A stretch of DNA of 64,000 nt from an uncultured Chroococcidiopsis sp. (lineage in GTDB: Bacteria > Cyanobacteriota > Cyanobacteriia > Cyanobacteriales > Chroococcidiopsidaceae), in contig CAXTYC010000010.1 in assembly GCA_964248365.1 (NCBI GenBank), positions 64,001 to 128,000 of the forward strand. The letters run 5' to 3'. The translations under genes and the position numbers were made by a program. Below the pieces are notes generated by a model. That model did no database searches. It saw only the letters and a list, made by a program, of their open reading frames with translations, and had not been told where the DNA came from. Positions 31,762 to 41,925 of the stretch are shown here, one piece after another. Position 1 is the stretch's first letter; each line of letters begins with the position of its first letter.

Positions 31762-32687
31762 TGAGCAATCCTTTTGAGCAATTGTTAGGAAAAAGAGTAT
31801 TGATTACAGGTGCAAGCGGATTTTTTGGCTCTCATTTATGCGCTCGCCTGTGCAAAACTATAGAAGTACACGCTGTTTCTCGCACACAAAGATCCACCTC
31901 ACAAGGTGTGCAATGGTGGCAGGGTAACATGGAAGATATTCAGGTAGTGCAAAACCTGTTTCAGACAGTTAAACCTGATGTGGTTTTTCATCTATCTGGG
32001 ATGGTGACTGGGGCGGCTGGTTTAGAACTTGTGTTGCCTACTTTTAATAGTTTGCTGGTAACTACTGTCAATTTATTAACTGTAGCCGCTTCCCATAGGT
32101 GCGATCGCATCATATTGATCGCCTCTTTGGAGGAACCAGAACCCGGACACAATGAAGCAATTCCTTCTCCTTATGCTGCTGCTAAGTGTGCCAGTAGTGC
32201 CTACGGTCGGATGTTTCATCAACTCTATCAAACACCTGTTGTTCTGGTGCGTCCCTTTATGACCTATGGACCTGGGCAAAACGTACGCAAGATCATTCCT
32301 TCGGTAACGCTGTCTCTGCTACAAGGTGAAGCACCTCTTCTCGCTAGCGGACAGCGACAGGTTGATTGGATTTATATTGATGATGTAATTGATGGACTAA
32401 TTGCCGCAGCAGGTATGCCTAATGTTGAAGGCTGTACTTTTGATTTAGGGTCAGGCATCCTAGTGTCTATTCGCTCAATAGTACAGCAACTAACAAACTT
32501 AGTCAACCCACAAATTCAACCTTTGTTTGGTGCTTTACCGGATAGACCAGTAGAAAAGGTGCGGGTAGCAGACACAAGTTATACACAGGACAAATTAGGA
32601 TGGCAACCTTTAATTTCTCTAGAAAAAGGTTTAGAAACTACAGTGAATTGGTACAAACAACAACTAGCAACTGTAAGTATTCATTAG
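31761..32687 (+). CDS. NAD-dependent sugar epimerase/reductase (SDR)
   Basis: TGASGFFG, SPYAAAK, RPFMTYGPGQ; TAATG coupling to the previous gene. Confidence 0.88.
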   Translation: MSNPFEQLLGKRVLITGASGFFGSHLCARLCKTIEVHAVSRTQRSTSQGVQWWQGNMEDIQVVQNLFQTVKPDVVFHLSGMVTGAAGLELVLPTFNSLLVTTVNLLTVAASHRCDRIILIASLEEPEPGHNEAIPSPYAAAKCASSAYGRMFHQLYQTPVVLVRPFMTYGPGQNVRKIIPSVTLSLLQGEAPLLASGQRQVDWIYIDDVIDGLIAAAGMPNVEGCTFDLGSGILVSIRSIVQQLTNLVNPQIQPLFGALPDRPVEKVRVADTSYTQDKLGWQPLISLEKGLETTVNWYKQQLATVSIH

Positions 32688-33088
32688 ACTAGCTTTTAGT
32701 GTCTAATACGGCAAATATTAAAAAAAACATCATTGACAAAACAGCATCAAGGTTGTTTTCATAATTGAATGATCTGAAAATCAATTTTTCAGAAAATCAA
32801 GCATCTGAATAACAAAGTAATTCCCAGCTAACCCATCCTAAAGATAGAGCCTTTGTCTGTATTTCATCAAAGACGATGTAGGAAAAGATGACATTTTCTA
32901 GTCCTACTGACTGCTGTTAAAGGTAATATCAAATTAGTGTATCTACAGTGTAGGTAGGGAAAGCGCTCTACCATCAGACCAATTTCATTGTATGTAGCAT
33001 CCTCGACGAGGATTGACATCATTAGCAACAAGCTATGTGAGGAGAATTTCTTACCCCTGAGGCAGACGATACCAAGAAGTACAAATCA

Positions 33089-34270
33089 ATGAAAACATCT
33101 TTTCATAACAACAAAATTATTAGCTTTCTGCTGTTCACCCTTCCAGCTGACGGTGTATGTCGCGTCATCCTCAACCTGGCAAAGAACTTGGTAGAACGTG
33201 GTTTGAAGGTAGATATTGTCGTCTTGAAAGCAGAGGGAGAGGCTTTAGCATGGATACCCCTAGGTGTGCGAGTTGTAGAACTAAACACCCAGATGCAGGG
33301 TTATCGTAAAATATTGTTCTTATTCTCTTTAGTACGTTATCTGCGCTCCTTTCAGCCTGCAACCCTGGTAGTTTGTAGAGACGACATCAACTTCGGTTCA
33401 ATAGCTAAATATCTGGCAATGGTTAGTACGCGGGTGATATTAACTAGTCATCTCAATCTGTCTCAGTATCTCGAATACAGCTGTGATGATGTAAAAAACA
33501 GCTTCACAGCCTATCTATTGAGACGGTTTCTCTGGTTTTACGGTTTGGCTGATGGAATTATTGCAGTTTCCCAAGGTGTTGCAGATAGTCTAGCAAGTAT
33601 TGCAGGTCGCCCTTTAAAGCAGATTCGCGTGATTTACAATCCCGTCGTAACGCCAGAAATGTTGGCACTCGCCCAGCAACCATTAGATCATCCCTGGTTT
33701 GCACCTGGGGAACCTCCAGTTATTTTAGGGGTAGGGCGTTTACAAGCACTGAAAGATTTTCCCACTCTGATCCGAGCATTTGCTTTGGTACGGCAGCATA
33801 TACCAGCTCGACTAATGATCTTAGGCGAAGGTGAAGAACGACAAAACCTTGAAACCCTAATCGACGAATTGGGCTTAACATCCGTTGTCGCATTACCAGG
33901 CTTTGTTAGTAACCCGTATGCCTTTATGTCCAAGGCATCAGTTTTGGCAATGTCTTCTGTGTGTGAAGGTTTTGGGAATGTGATTGCGGAAGCTTTAGCG
34001 TGTGGTACTCCAGTAGTAAGCACAGACTGCCCAAGCGGTCCTGGTGAGATTTTGGAATATGGTAAGTATGGCAGTTTAGTCCCACTTGCAGATCCCCAAG
34101 CTCTAGCTGAGGCTATTGTGACTACGCTTACTAGTGCAACAGACTCGGAAGCATTACGGCAACGAGCTAAAACTTTTTCAATAGAAACTGCTGTTGATAG
34201 CTATCTAGAAATATTAGATTCTGATTATGAGCAAAAAACTGTAACACCTAATACCTATATCAAAGTTTAA
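33089..34270 (+). CDS. GT4 glycosyltransferase
   Basis: GVGRL..KDF..EGFGNVIAEALACGTPVVSTDCPSGP. Confidence 0.9.
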   Translation: MKTSFHNNKIISFLLFTLPADGVCRVILNLAKNLVERGLKVDIVVLKAEGEALAWIPLGVRVVELNTQMQGYRKILFLFSLVRYLRSFQPATLVVCRDDINFGSIAKYLAMVSTRVILTSHLNLSQYLEYSCDDVKNSFTAYLLRRFLWFYGLADGIIAVSQGVADSLASIAGRPLKQIRVIYNPVVTPEMLALAQQPLDHPWFAPGEPPVILGVGRLQALKDFPTLIRAFALVRQHIPARLMILGEGEERQNLETLIDELGLTSVVALPGFVSNPYAFMSKASVLAMSSVCEGFGNVIAEALACGTPVVSTDCPSGPGEILEYGKYGSLVPLADPQALAEAIVTTLTSATDSEALRQRAKTFSIETAVDSYLEILDSDYEQKTVTPNTYIKV

Positions 34271-34389
34271 GCTAAGTAAGGTATGAGCGTAATGTTTTTC
34301 GTGCAATAAGCCTTACTGGCGTACTAGATAAATCCTCGCACGAAAATCCTCATTTTAGACCATAAAAAATTGAGTAACTAACTTGCATT

Positions 34390-35154
34390 ATGGACAGCAA
34401 ACAAGTTTTTAATAGGTTACGAGTAAACTTAGGCTGTCACCTACGAAACATTACCTCTTATATATTGTTTCAGTTGATTTTATCTGGCAAGAGTCGAACA
34501 CTTGCTCCCAGTCGTAAGTCAGCAATCGTGTTTTCTCCCCACCAAGATGATGAAACTTTAGGCTGTGGTGGCATGATTGCTCTTAAACGTCAGTTAGGAA
34601 TACCAGTAAAGGTCGTTTTTATGACTGACGGACGGTATGGCATACCTAAGTGTAAGCCAGAGGAAGTAATCAAAATTCGCGGCGGGGAAGCTGTTGCTGC
34701 TCTGGGTACTTTGGGAGTTACGCCATCAGAAATTCACTTTTTCAATTTAGTGGATGGTGATTTGGCAATTTTACCTGCTCAGCAACGTCAACAAACGATA
34801 GATAAGTTGTCTCAATTGCTACAAACTTTTGTGCCAGAAGAAGTTTACGTTCCCCATTACAAAGACTTTCATGACGATCATGAGGCTACCTACAAGTTGG
34901 TGCGTGAAGCGATCGCCACTTCTGGTATCAAAGTAGAATTGTGGCAATATCCAATTTGGTTGTTGTGGCAAAATCCCCTATCTCTTAAACTAAACTCGCA
35001 AGACATTGCTGGTGCTTATCGCCTAGCTATTAATTCTGTTCAAACTCAAAAACATCAAGCGATCGCTTCTTATAAATCACAAATTCCTGGTTTAACAAGG
35101 GGCTTCTTAAAGCGTTTCTTTTCTCCCTATGAGCTATTTTTCAAAAATGAGTAG
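34390..35154 (+). CDS. PIG-L/LmbE family deacetylase
   Basis: SPHQDDETLGCGG, DFHDDH, YKSQI. Confidence 0.88.
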   Translation: MDSKQVFNRLRVNLGCHLRNITSYILFQLILSGKSRTLAPSRKSAIVFSPHQDDETLGCGGMIALKRQLGIPVKVVFMTDGRYGIPKCKPEEVIKIRGGEAVAALGTLGVTPSEIHFFNLVDGDLAILPAQQRQQTIDKLSQLLQTFVPEEVYVPHYKDFHDDHEATYKLVREAIATSGIKVELWQYPIWLLWQNPLSLKLNSQDIAGAYRLAINSVQTQKHQAIASYKSQIPGLTRGFLKRFFSPYELFFKNE

Positions 35155-35441
35155 CTACTTATGATAAAAGCTATTAGCTGTTAGCTATTAGCTTTTAGCT
35201 TTTTGTACGAGTGTCCGAAAAACGACTAATAAAGACAATATACAATATTTCATTGCTCAAATGAGATGAGATGGCTGGAGATGTAGCGTAAACTTACTAT
35301 TAGTGATGGACGTTTTGAGATAATTTATATAAAATATTAGATGGGTGTAAATAGAAACAACGCTATTTATTACAGTCAAACCTATATCCATTTTTACCAC
35401 ATTTAACCCCTAGGAATCAACCACTCCTATTTAGATATCAA

Positions 35442-36608
35442 GTGGAAACTTATATAGATAATTCTACTAAAAAAGCTGCAGACATTGCGTGTGTAGGTAT
35501 GGGTTGGTTTCCAAAAACGCCAGGAGGACTTGATCGCTACGTTTATGAACTCACCCATAATCTAGCAGCAGGTGGCGATCGCGTTGCCCTATATGCCCTC
35601 GATCTACCATCCGCTGCACCCAACGAGCCTGTTGAACTAATTAATTTAGCAACGCCAGATAGTCCTCTCTGGCAACGGCTATGGTTAACCAGGAGAAACT
35701 TTTCTCGTTTTCTGGCAGTTAAACCAGATGCAATCAACTTGCATTTTGCTTTATATAGCTTGCCATTATTGTCTCGTTTACCTGATAAAGTACCAGTTAC
35801 TTTCACTTTTCATGGACCTTGGGCATTAGAAAGTGAGAAAGAGGGAGAAAGTAAACTAGCTGTGTTTTTGAAGCGGCAGCTAGTGGAAAAAACAGTATAT
35901 CGTCGCTGCGATCGCTTTATTGTTTTAAGCCGCGCTTTTGGGAATATTTTGCATCAAGAATATCAAGTTCCTTGGAGCAAAATTCACATTATTCCTGGTG
36001 GAGTCGATTTAAAACGATTTCAGCCCAATTTATCTCGCCAACAAGCCCGCCTTCAGCTTAACTGGTCTTGCGATCGCTTTATCGTATTTGCCCCGCGACG
36101 CTTAGTTAACCGCATGGGTTTGGACAAGTTGTTGCTTGCTATAGCACAAATCAAGTCCAGAATGCCCGATATTATGCTTGCGATCGCAGGCATTGGACGA
36201 ATGAAGCAGGCGCTAGAACAACAGGCTACTGATTTAGGGCTGAAAGAATACGTCAAATTTCTGGGTTTTTTACCCGATTACCAGTTACCCATAGCCTACC
36301 AAGCTGCCGATCTTACTATCATGCCTAGCCAGTCTTTAGAAGGATTCGGATTGACATTAGTAGAATCCTTAGCTTGTGGAACACCAGCTTTGTGTACTCC
36401 TGTTGGCGGTATGCCAGAAATATTAACTCCTTTCTCTCCTAATTTGATCACCTCTGACCAAGAAGTAGCAGCCATTGCTGAGAGACTAGAACAACTGATA
36501 ACAGGGCAGATACCATTGCCTTCTAGAGCAGCCTGTCAACATTACGCCGCCACACATTTTGACTGGCACAAAATTGCTTTGCAGGTTCGCCAAGTTTTAT
36601 TAACCTAA
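35442..36608 (+). CDS. GT4 glycosyltransferase
   Basis: GGLDRY, FHGPWALE, RRLVNRMG, EGFGLTLVESLACGTP. Confidence 0.9.
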   Translation: METYIDNSTKKAADIACVGMGWFPKTPGGLDRYVYELTHNLAAGGDRVALYALDLPSAAPNEPVELINLATPDSPLWQRLWLTRRNFSRFLAVKPDAINLHFALYSLPLLSRLPDKVPVTFTFHGPWALESEKEGESKLAVFLKRQLVEKTVYRRCDRFIVLSRAFGNILHQEYQVPWSKIHIIPGGVDLKRFQPNLSRQQARLQLNWSCDRFIVFAPRRLVNRMGLDKLLLAIAQIKSRMPDIMLAIAGIGRMKQALEQQATDLGLKEYVKFLGFLPDYQLPIAYQAADLTIMPSQSLEGFGLTLVESLACGTPALCTPVGGMPEILTPFSPNLITSDQEVAAIAERLEQLITGQIPLPSRAACQHYAATHFDWHKIALQVRQVLLT

Positions 36609-37063
36609 ATCAGGCAATTATGCTAAAAAAACACCTATCAATTGCTATATAAAATCACAAATTTTATGATAAAATAAGTGATAATTTAAATAAATAATAT
36701 TGCTTTACGAAAATTTTGTATTCAGCCAAAATTTTAAGGAAACAATGAAGAAATTGGATTTACGTAGTCTTTCGGTTGAATTTATAATACCATGAGCTTA
36801 GCTTGACGAGAGCAAATACAAAAAATATGAGCGAAAATTCCTATTTTTTAAATACCAGAAAAATTTGGTGTTTGGTCGCTCCTGCTTCAAACTAATATAA
36901 CTGATAATTTTTAGCATGAGCTAGAAAACTGAATAATCAGTTTATTTGCCATTTGTCAAATAATTAATATCTAAAAATTCGACAAACAAGCAGATAAATT
37001 TTATGTATATGCTTGTCCTAGCATCTACTTCCAAACTAGGAATTCATTATTCTGACTAGATAC

Positions 37064-37852
37064 ATGACTACATATAAGTCAAATATTATACCAATTAGCT
37101 CTACTTTTAAGCAACAGCTAGACGAGCCATTGCTAAGCTGTAAACTTAAGTGGAGACAAAAGCAGCTGTTGGTAAGCCTCAATGCGCCAAACAGACAGCT
37201 GTATCTTCCGCCGTTACCTGCATTGGAAACAGAGCAATCGTTGGTAGAGTGTTTGAAGCACTCTTATGTAAAGTTAATTCGCCTTGATCCAGCCTTGGGC
37301 GAAGTTAACTTGAAGCTTTGGGCTGATGCGTGTGAAAAAGCTAACAAAGCTGTGTTCCTGCGTTTACCTGCTACAATTAAACTAGAATGGCAGCGATCGC
37401 CTCTTGGGAAGCTGATTGCCCTACTTGATTGGATTATTGCTGCTCTATTGTTGTTGGTTTTAAGTCCAGTCATAGTAGTATTATTTTGTCTGTTACGTCT
37501 GCAATCATCAGAACCAATTTTTTCTGGTCAATGGCACGTTGGAGAGCGAGGTAAATTATTTCAGATCTTAAAGTTTCGGACAACAGTTGTTAATACCCAA
37601 ACGTTTGAAAATAAATTGATAAGTGAGCCAAAGTACATTTTAAAACGCGGCGAAAGCTCCCAAATAACAAATTTAGGTTATTGGATGTGCAAGTATAAAT
37701 TAGATCAACTGCCGCAGCTATTCAACGTGTTGCGGGGCGAAATGATGCTAATTAAACCACGTCCTCTAACTTTAGAGCAGGTAGTAAGGCTCAGCTTAGA
37801 AAAACAACATATCAATACTTTATCAGAAATTAAAGAAGCAGACAAGTACTGA
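37064..37852 (+). CDS. hepC: HepC-like sugar transferase (degenerate phosphoglycosyltransferase domain)
   Basis: WADACEKANKAVFLRLP N-domain, TM helix, GERGKLFQILKFRT, LDQLPQLFNVLRGEM..PRP. Confidence 0.75.
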   Translation: MTTYKSNIIPISSTFKQQLDEPLLSCKLKWRQKQLLVSLNAPNRQLYLPPLPALETEQSLVECLKHSYVKLIRLDPALGEVNLKLWADACEKANKAVFLRLPATIKLEWQRSPLGKLIALLDWIIAALLLLVLSPVIVVLFCLLRLQSSEPIFSGQWHVGERGKLFQILKFRTTVVNTQTFENKLISEPKYILKRGESSQITNLGYWMCKYKLDQLPQLFNVLRGEMMLIKPRPLTLEQVVRLSLEKQHINTLSEIKEADKY

Positions 37853-38049
37853 GACTTGCCAACTTAATAGAATTGAATGCACTAGTCATCAGCTAGGCAA
37901 TAAATCTAACTGACAACTTTAGCTTTGCTATATTCATTTACTAACTTGAGATCCTGCAAACAAGTTAGAATAATCAATATTTTAACTCAAATTATGCAAT
38001 AACTTAGGTTAGTAAAACGGAATTATTTATAATCAGCAAATATTAGTAT

Positions 38050-38132
38050 CCCACCCATGCCCACCATTATCAGAAGGAGTGGGCATGGGTGGCTTGCCTA
38101 GAACTGTTCACGAATGTTTTAGGATTGCTATA
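38050..38132. mobile_element. REP/MITE-like element copy
   Basis: CCACCCATGCCCAC..GTGGGCATGGGTGG hairpin plus CTGTTCACGAATGTTTTAGGATTGCTATA end. Confidence 0.7.
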
Positions 38133-38300
38133 TATCATTTGATTACCAACTTACTAGCCTTTAAAGCTTTGGGCGATGCTAGTTTATTATTTATTAGTAA
38201 TTGTTAATCCGCAGTATATAACACAGGAGAGAGTAGTTTTGATTCAAAGGCTGGACAAGTACACACTTTGGTGGTGGTTGGTAATTGAGGAGGTTGGCGG

Positions 38301-39635
38301 ATGAAAAATGTAGCAAATAGTGTCCGTTGGATATTACAAGGACGTGGTGGCACTGCTGCAACCTTACAAACTGTGCTAGCAAAAATTCTCATCCTGGCAC
38401 TCAACATGGGTACTGGAATTATTACAGCACGTTTCCTTGGACCTCAAGGGCGGGGCGAACAAGCGGCAATAATTTTGTGGCCACAGCTTTTGGCTTTTCT
38501 GATCACTTTGGGCTTACCTGCTGCTTTGCGCTACAACCTCAAACGCCACCCAGAGGAGAAATCAGAACTCTTCTCTGCTACCCTCGTGTTGAGTATAGGG
38601 CTAGGCATATTAGCTTCGCTCTTGGGCATATTATTTATTCCGCAATGGTTAGGACACCAATACTCACCAGAAGTTGTTCACGTTGCCCAGTGGTTTATGC
38701 TTACAGCACCAGTGGGGGTGTTTTGGGCAAATATGGTAGCTGCTTTGGAAGCAACTGATGACTTCACTACTGCTAACCAAGGACAGTACCTGACACCGCT
38801 TTTTACCCTACTCATGTTACTTGTGCTATTGGTAACACGGTCACTGACACCGATTACTACTTCACTAGCTTATATACTAGCTGGTCTACCTATATTTTTC
38901 TGGATATTGAACCGCCTGTGGAAACGCTTTCGTCCTCGGTGGCATAATTTAGGCATACAATATAAACGGCTACTAGGCTATGGCTTACGTGCGTATGGTA
39001 TTGATATATTAGGTACATTGGGCAACCAAGTGGATCAAGCCCTGGTTGTCGGTTTACTATCACCAACCTCGATGGGGCTGTACGTAGTAGCTCTGAGCCT
39101 ATCTCGGATGTTAGATGTGTTTCAAAGTGCAATTATTACCGTACTGTTTCCGAAAACAGCCGCTCGTCCAATCGAAGAAGTGATTGCTTTGACTGGGCGG
39201 GCTGCGCGTGTTGGTATGGCTTGTTCCCTGCTTGCTGCTATAGGTGCAATGTTGGTAGTGCCATTTTTACTACACTTGCTCTATGGTTCTAAATTTGTCG
39301 GAGCATTGCCCGTGTTCCGCATTCTGGCTATAGAAGTAGTGATTGGTGGCACAACTTGGGTTTTAGCCCAAGCTTTTATGGCATTAGGGCGACCTGGAAA
39401 TATCACAGTTATGCAGGGTATTGGCTTGGGGCTGACTGTACCTTTGATGTTAGTAATGATTCCCACCTACGGATTGGTAGGTGCAGGCTTGGCACTACTA
39501 TGTTCAACAACCATCCGCTTTATTTTTGTGCTAGTAAGCTATCCGCTAATATTAAAGGTTCGTCCACCGAGTTTACTAATTACACGCGAAGATGTGGAGT
39601 TTATGCAAAAAGCGTTTCGATTAAATAGAGGATAA
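38301..39635 (+). CDS. wzx: Wzx-type polysaccharide flippase
   Basis: Multiple hydrophobic helices; ARFLGPQGRG, D..LVG.LL....MGLY, YGLVGA motifs. Confidence 0.85.
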   Translation: MKNVANSVRWILQGRGGTAATLQTVLAKILILALNMGTGIITARFLGPQGRGEQAAIILWPQLLAFLITLGLPAALRYNLKRHPEEKSELFSATLVLSIGLGILASLLGILFIPQWLGHQYSPEVVHVAQWFMLTAPVGVFWANMVAALEATDDFTTANQGQYLTPLFTLLMLLVLLVTRSLTPITTSLAYILAGLPIFFWILNRLWKRFRPRWHNLGIQYKRLLGYGLRAYGIDILGTLGNQVDQALVVGLLSPTSMGLYVVALSLSRMLDVFQSAIITVLFPKTAARPIEEVIALTGRAARVGMACSLLAAIGAMLVVPFLLHLLYGSKFVGALPVFRILAIEVVIGGTTWVLAQAFMALGRPGNITVMQGIGLGLTVPLMLVMIPTYGLVGAGLALLCSTTIRFIFVLVSYPLILKVRPPSLLITREDVEFMQKAFRLNRG

Positions 39636-39747
39636 ATATCGGCTAGTTACTAATCTTTGAGATTTAGGTTGAGTTAAATTTAGCTCTAAACCAGTGATTT
39701 AGATGCATAACATAATATCTGATCAATTTGCTTTATGACTTAAAGAT

Positions 39748-40725
39748 ATGGTCTTATATACTGATACAGAAAAACCTTTAGTTAGTGTTATTATCCCAAC
39801 CTACAATCGCCCAGCATACCTAAAAGAAGCAATTAAAAGTGCTGTTGGGCAGACTTACCAAAACATTGAAGTCTTAGTTTCGGATAATCATAGTCCTGAA
39901 AATCCTCAAGCAATTGTTGAATCTTTTCAAGATTCACGAATCCGATTTTGGCGAAATGAAACCAACATAGGAATGTTCGCCAACGCTATGAACACATTTA
40001 AAAAGGCGCGAGGGAAGTATGTTGCTAGTCTCAACGATGATGACGTATGGAACGAGGACTTTTTAGAAAAGCTTGTTCCTCACCTTGAAGCCAATCCTGA
40101 TTTAGCCTTAGCTTTTTGCGATCATTATGTAATAGATTCGAGTGGAGTAATTGATTACTCTGCCACCGAAAGGTCTACCCGCCTTTGGAAGCGTCACCAG
40201 CTAAAAGAAGGAATTTATCAGCCTTTCTATGAAGTTGGGTTAGTAAATGCGTCTGTACCTAGTGCAGTTGCTGCTGTTATTCGCAACGATGTTGTTGATT
40301 GGGGTAATATTCCCCCCGAAATCGAACATAAATGGGATTTGTATGTAACTTATCTGTGTTGTCGCAAGGGTCTTGGAGCATACTACTGTCCAGAAAGATT
40401 AACTCGATATCGTGAACATACGCAAAGTGATACGGCAAATGGCGGAAGGCGAGATATTGAGGCAAAAATCCGAAAAGCAAAGGTCGAAATCTTTTGCTGG
40501 GAACGTTTTATGGAAGATGAATACCTACAAGAACTTAAGCCTTATTTTAGGCAGAAATGGGCGCAGGAAAATACAACTTTGGGTATTGGTTTGATGCGTT
40601 TAAGACAGCTAGAAGTAGCACGCCCTTATTTTTTACGTGCTATGAAGGAACAAAGGTTCAATTTGCGAACTATGGCAGCGCTTATGTTCAGTTTTACTCC
40701 TCCAACAATCGCTAGTCGATTCTAA
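39748..40725 (+). CDS. GT2 glycosyltransferase
   Basis: VSVIIPTYNR, VSDN, LNDDD. Confidence 0.92.
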   Translation: MVLYTDTEKPLVSVIIPTYNRPAYLKEAIKSAVGQTYQNIEVLVSDNHSPENPQAIVESFQDSRIRFWRNETNIGMFANAMNTFKKARGKYVASLNDDDVWNEDFLEKLVPHLEANPDLALAFCDHYVIDSSGVIDYSATERSTRLWKRHQLKEGIYQPFYEVGLVNASVPSAVAAVIRNDVVDWGNIPPEIEHKWDLYVTYLCCRKGLGAYYCPERLTRYREHTQSDTANGGRRDIEAKIRKAKVEIFCWERFMEDEYLQELKPYFRQKWAQENTTLGIGLMRLRQLEVARPYFLRAMKEQRFNLRTMAALMFSFTPPTIASRF

Positions 40726-40785
40726 AGAAATTGATAATTAGTGTTCCCTTGGAGCAGCAGACACGAAAATCTAGTATTCAAGATT

Positions 40786-41763
40786 ATGTATATAGATACT
40801 AGCTCACAACAGCCTTTGGTTAGTGTTATTATTCCCACCTATAATCGTCCGCTCTACCTGAAGCAAGCGATTGAGAGTGCTATTAGGCAGAAATATCAAA
40901 ATATTGAGATTATTGTTTCTGACGATTGTAGTTCCGAAAGCCCTCAAGCATTGGTTGAGTCTTTTCAAGATTCCCGCATACGTTTCTATCGGAATCCGCA
41001 GAATTTAGGGATTTGTTTAAATGTTGTAAATGCATTTAAGCAGGCAAAAGGAAAGTATGTTGCTAGTTTGAACGATGATGATATGTGGAACGAGGATTTT
41101 TTAACAACGCTTGTTCCACCCCTGGAAGCCAATCCAGATTTAGTATTATCCTTCTCTGATTATTACAATGTGTACCCAGATGGCACGATTAATGATAAAT
41201 CCACTCTATCAGATACTCGACGCTGGAAACGCGATCGCTTAAAAGAAGGAATTTATCAACCTTTCTATGAACTTGGAATAGTACACCAATCTGTATTTCT
41301 TGCTGTATCAACTGTGATGCGGCGAGACGCGATTAATTGGGATGATATTTCGCCTGAAGTTGGACCTATTTGGGATTTTTACATGACCTACCTGGCTTGC
41401 CGTACTGGGAGGGGAGCATATTACCATCCAGGGAAATTGGCACGCTACCGTGAGCATACCCAATCAGAAACACAAATTAGCGGAAAACGCAGCTTTGAAG
41501 CCAAAATTCGCAAAGGCAAAGCAGAAATTTTTTGCTACGAACGTTTTAAGGAAGACGAGAAGCTACAACAGTTGAAACCGTATTTCGAGCGGAAATGGGC
41601 GCAAGCAAATACAACTTTAGGCATTGGCTTAATGCGGTCTGGACAGATAGCACAAGCACGTCCTTATTTTTGGAATGCCTTGAAGCAACAAAAGTTCGAT
41701 TTGCGAACAATAGCGGCACTCATGCTGAGTTTTACCCCGACCTCATTAGCAAGTAAATTCTAA
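40786..41763 (+). CDS. GT2 glycosyltransferase, tandem paralogue of the previous gene
   Basis: VSVIIPTYNR, VSDD, LNDDD; same length as neighbour if started at ATG 40786. Confidence 0.92.
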   Translation: MYIDTSSQQPLVSVIIPTYNRPLYLKQAIESAIRQKYQNIEIIVSDDCSSESPQALVESFQDSRIRFYRNPQNLGICLNVVNAFKQAKGKYVASLNDDDMWNEDFLTTLVPPLEANPDLVLSFSDYYNVYPDGTINDKSTLSDTRRWKRDRLKEGIYQPFYELGIVHQSVFLAVSTVMRRDAINWDDISPEVGPIWDFYMTYLACRTGRGAYYHPGKLARYREHTQSETQISGKRSFEAKIRKGKAEIFCYERFKEDEKLQQLKPYFERKWAQANTTLGIGLMRSGQIAQARPYFWNALKQQKFDLRTIAALMLSFTPTSLASKF

Positions 41764-41820
41764 GTAGCTCCAAATTAGAGAATAAATTGTAGATGTGCCT
41801 ATACTCAAAATTTATAGTTT

Positions 41821-41879
41821 GCCACCCTTGCCCACCATTATCTAATTTGGTGGGCAATGCCCACCCTACTGCTGTTCAC
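41821..41879. repeat. REP/MITE-like partial copy
   Basis: TTGCCCACCATTATC..TGGTGGGCAATGCCCACCCTAC..CTGTTCAC. Confidence 0.55.
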
Positions 41880-41925
41880 TAGAGTAAATAACGATGATAA
41901 TTGACAATCCCTAGGAGATATAGAA

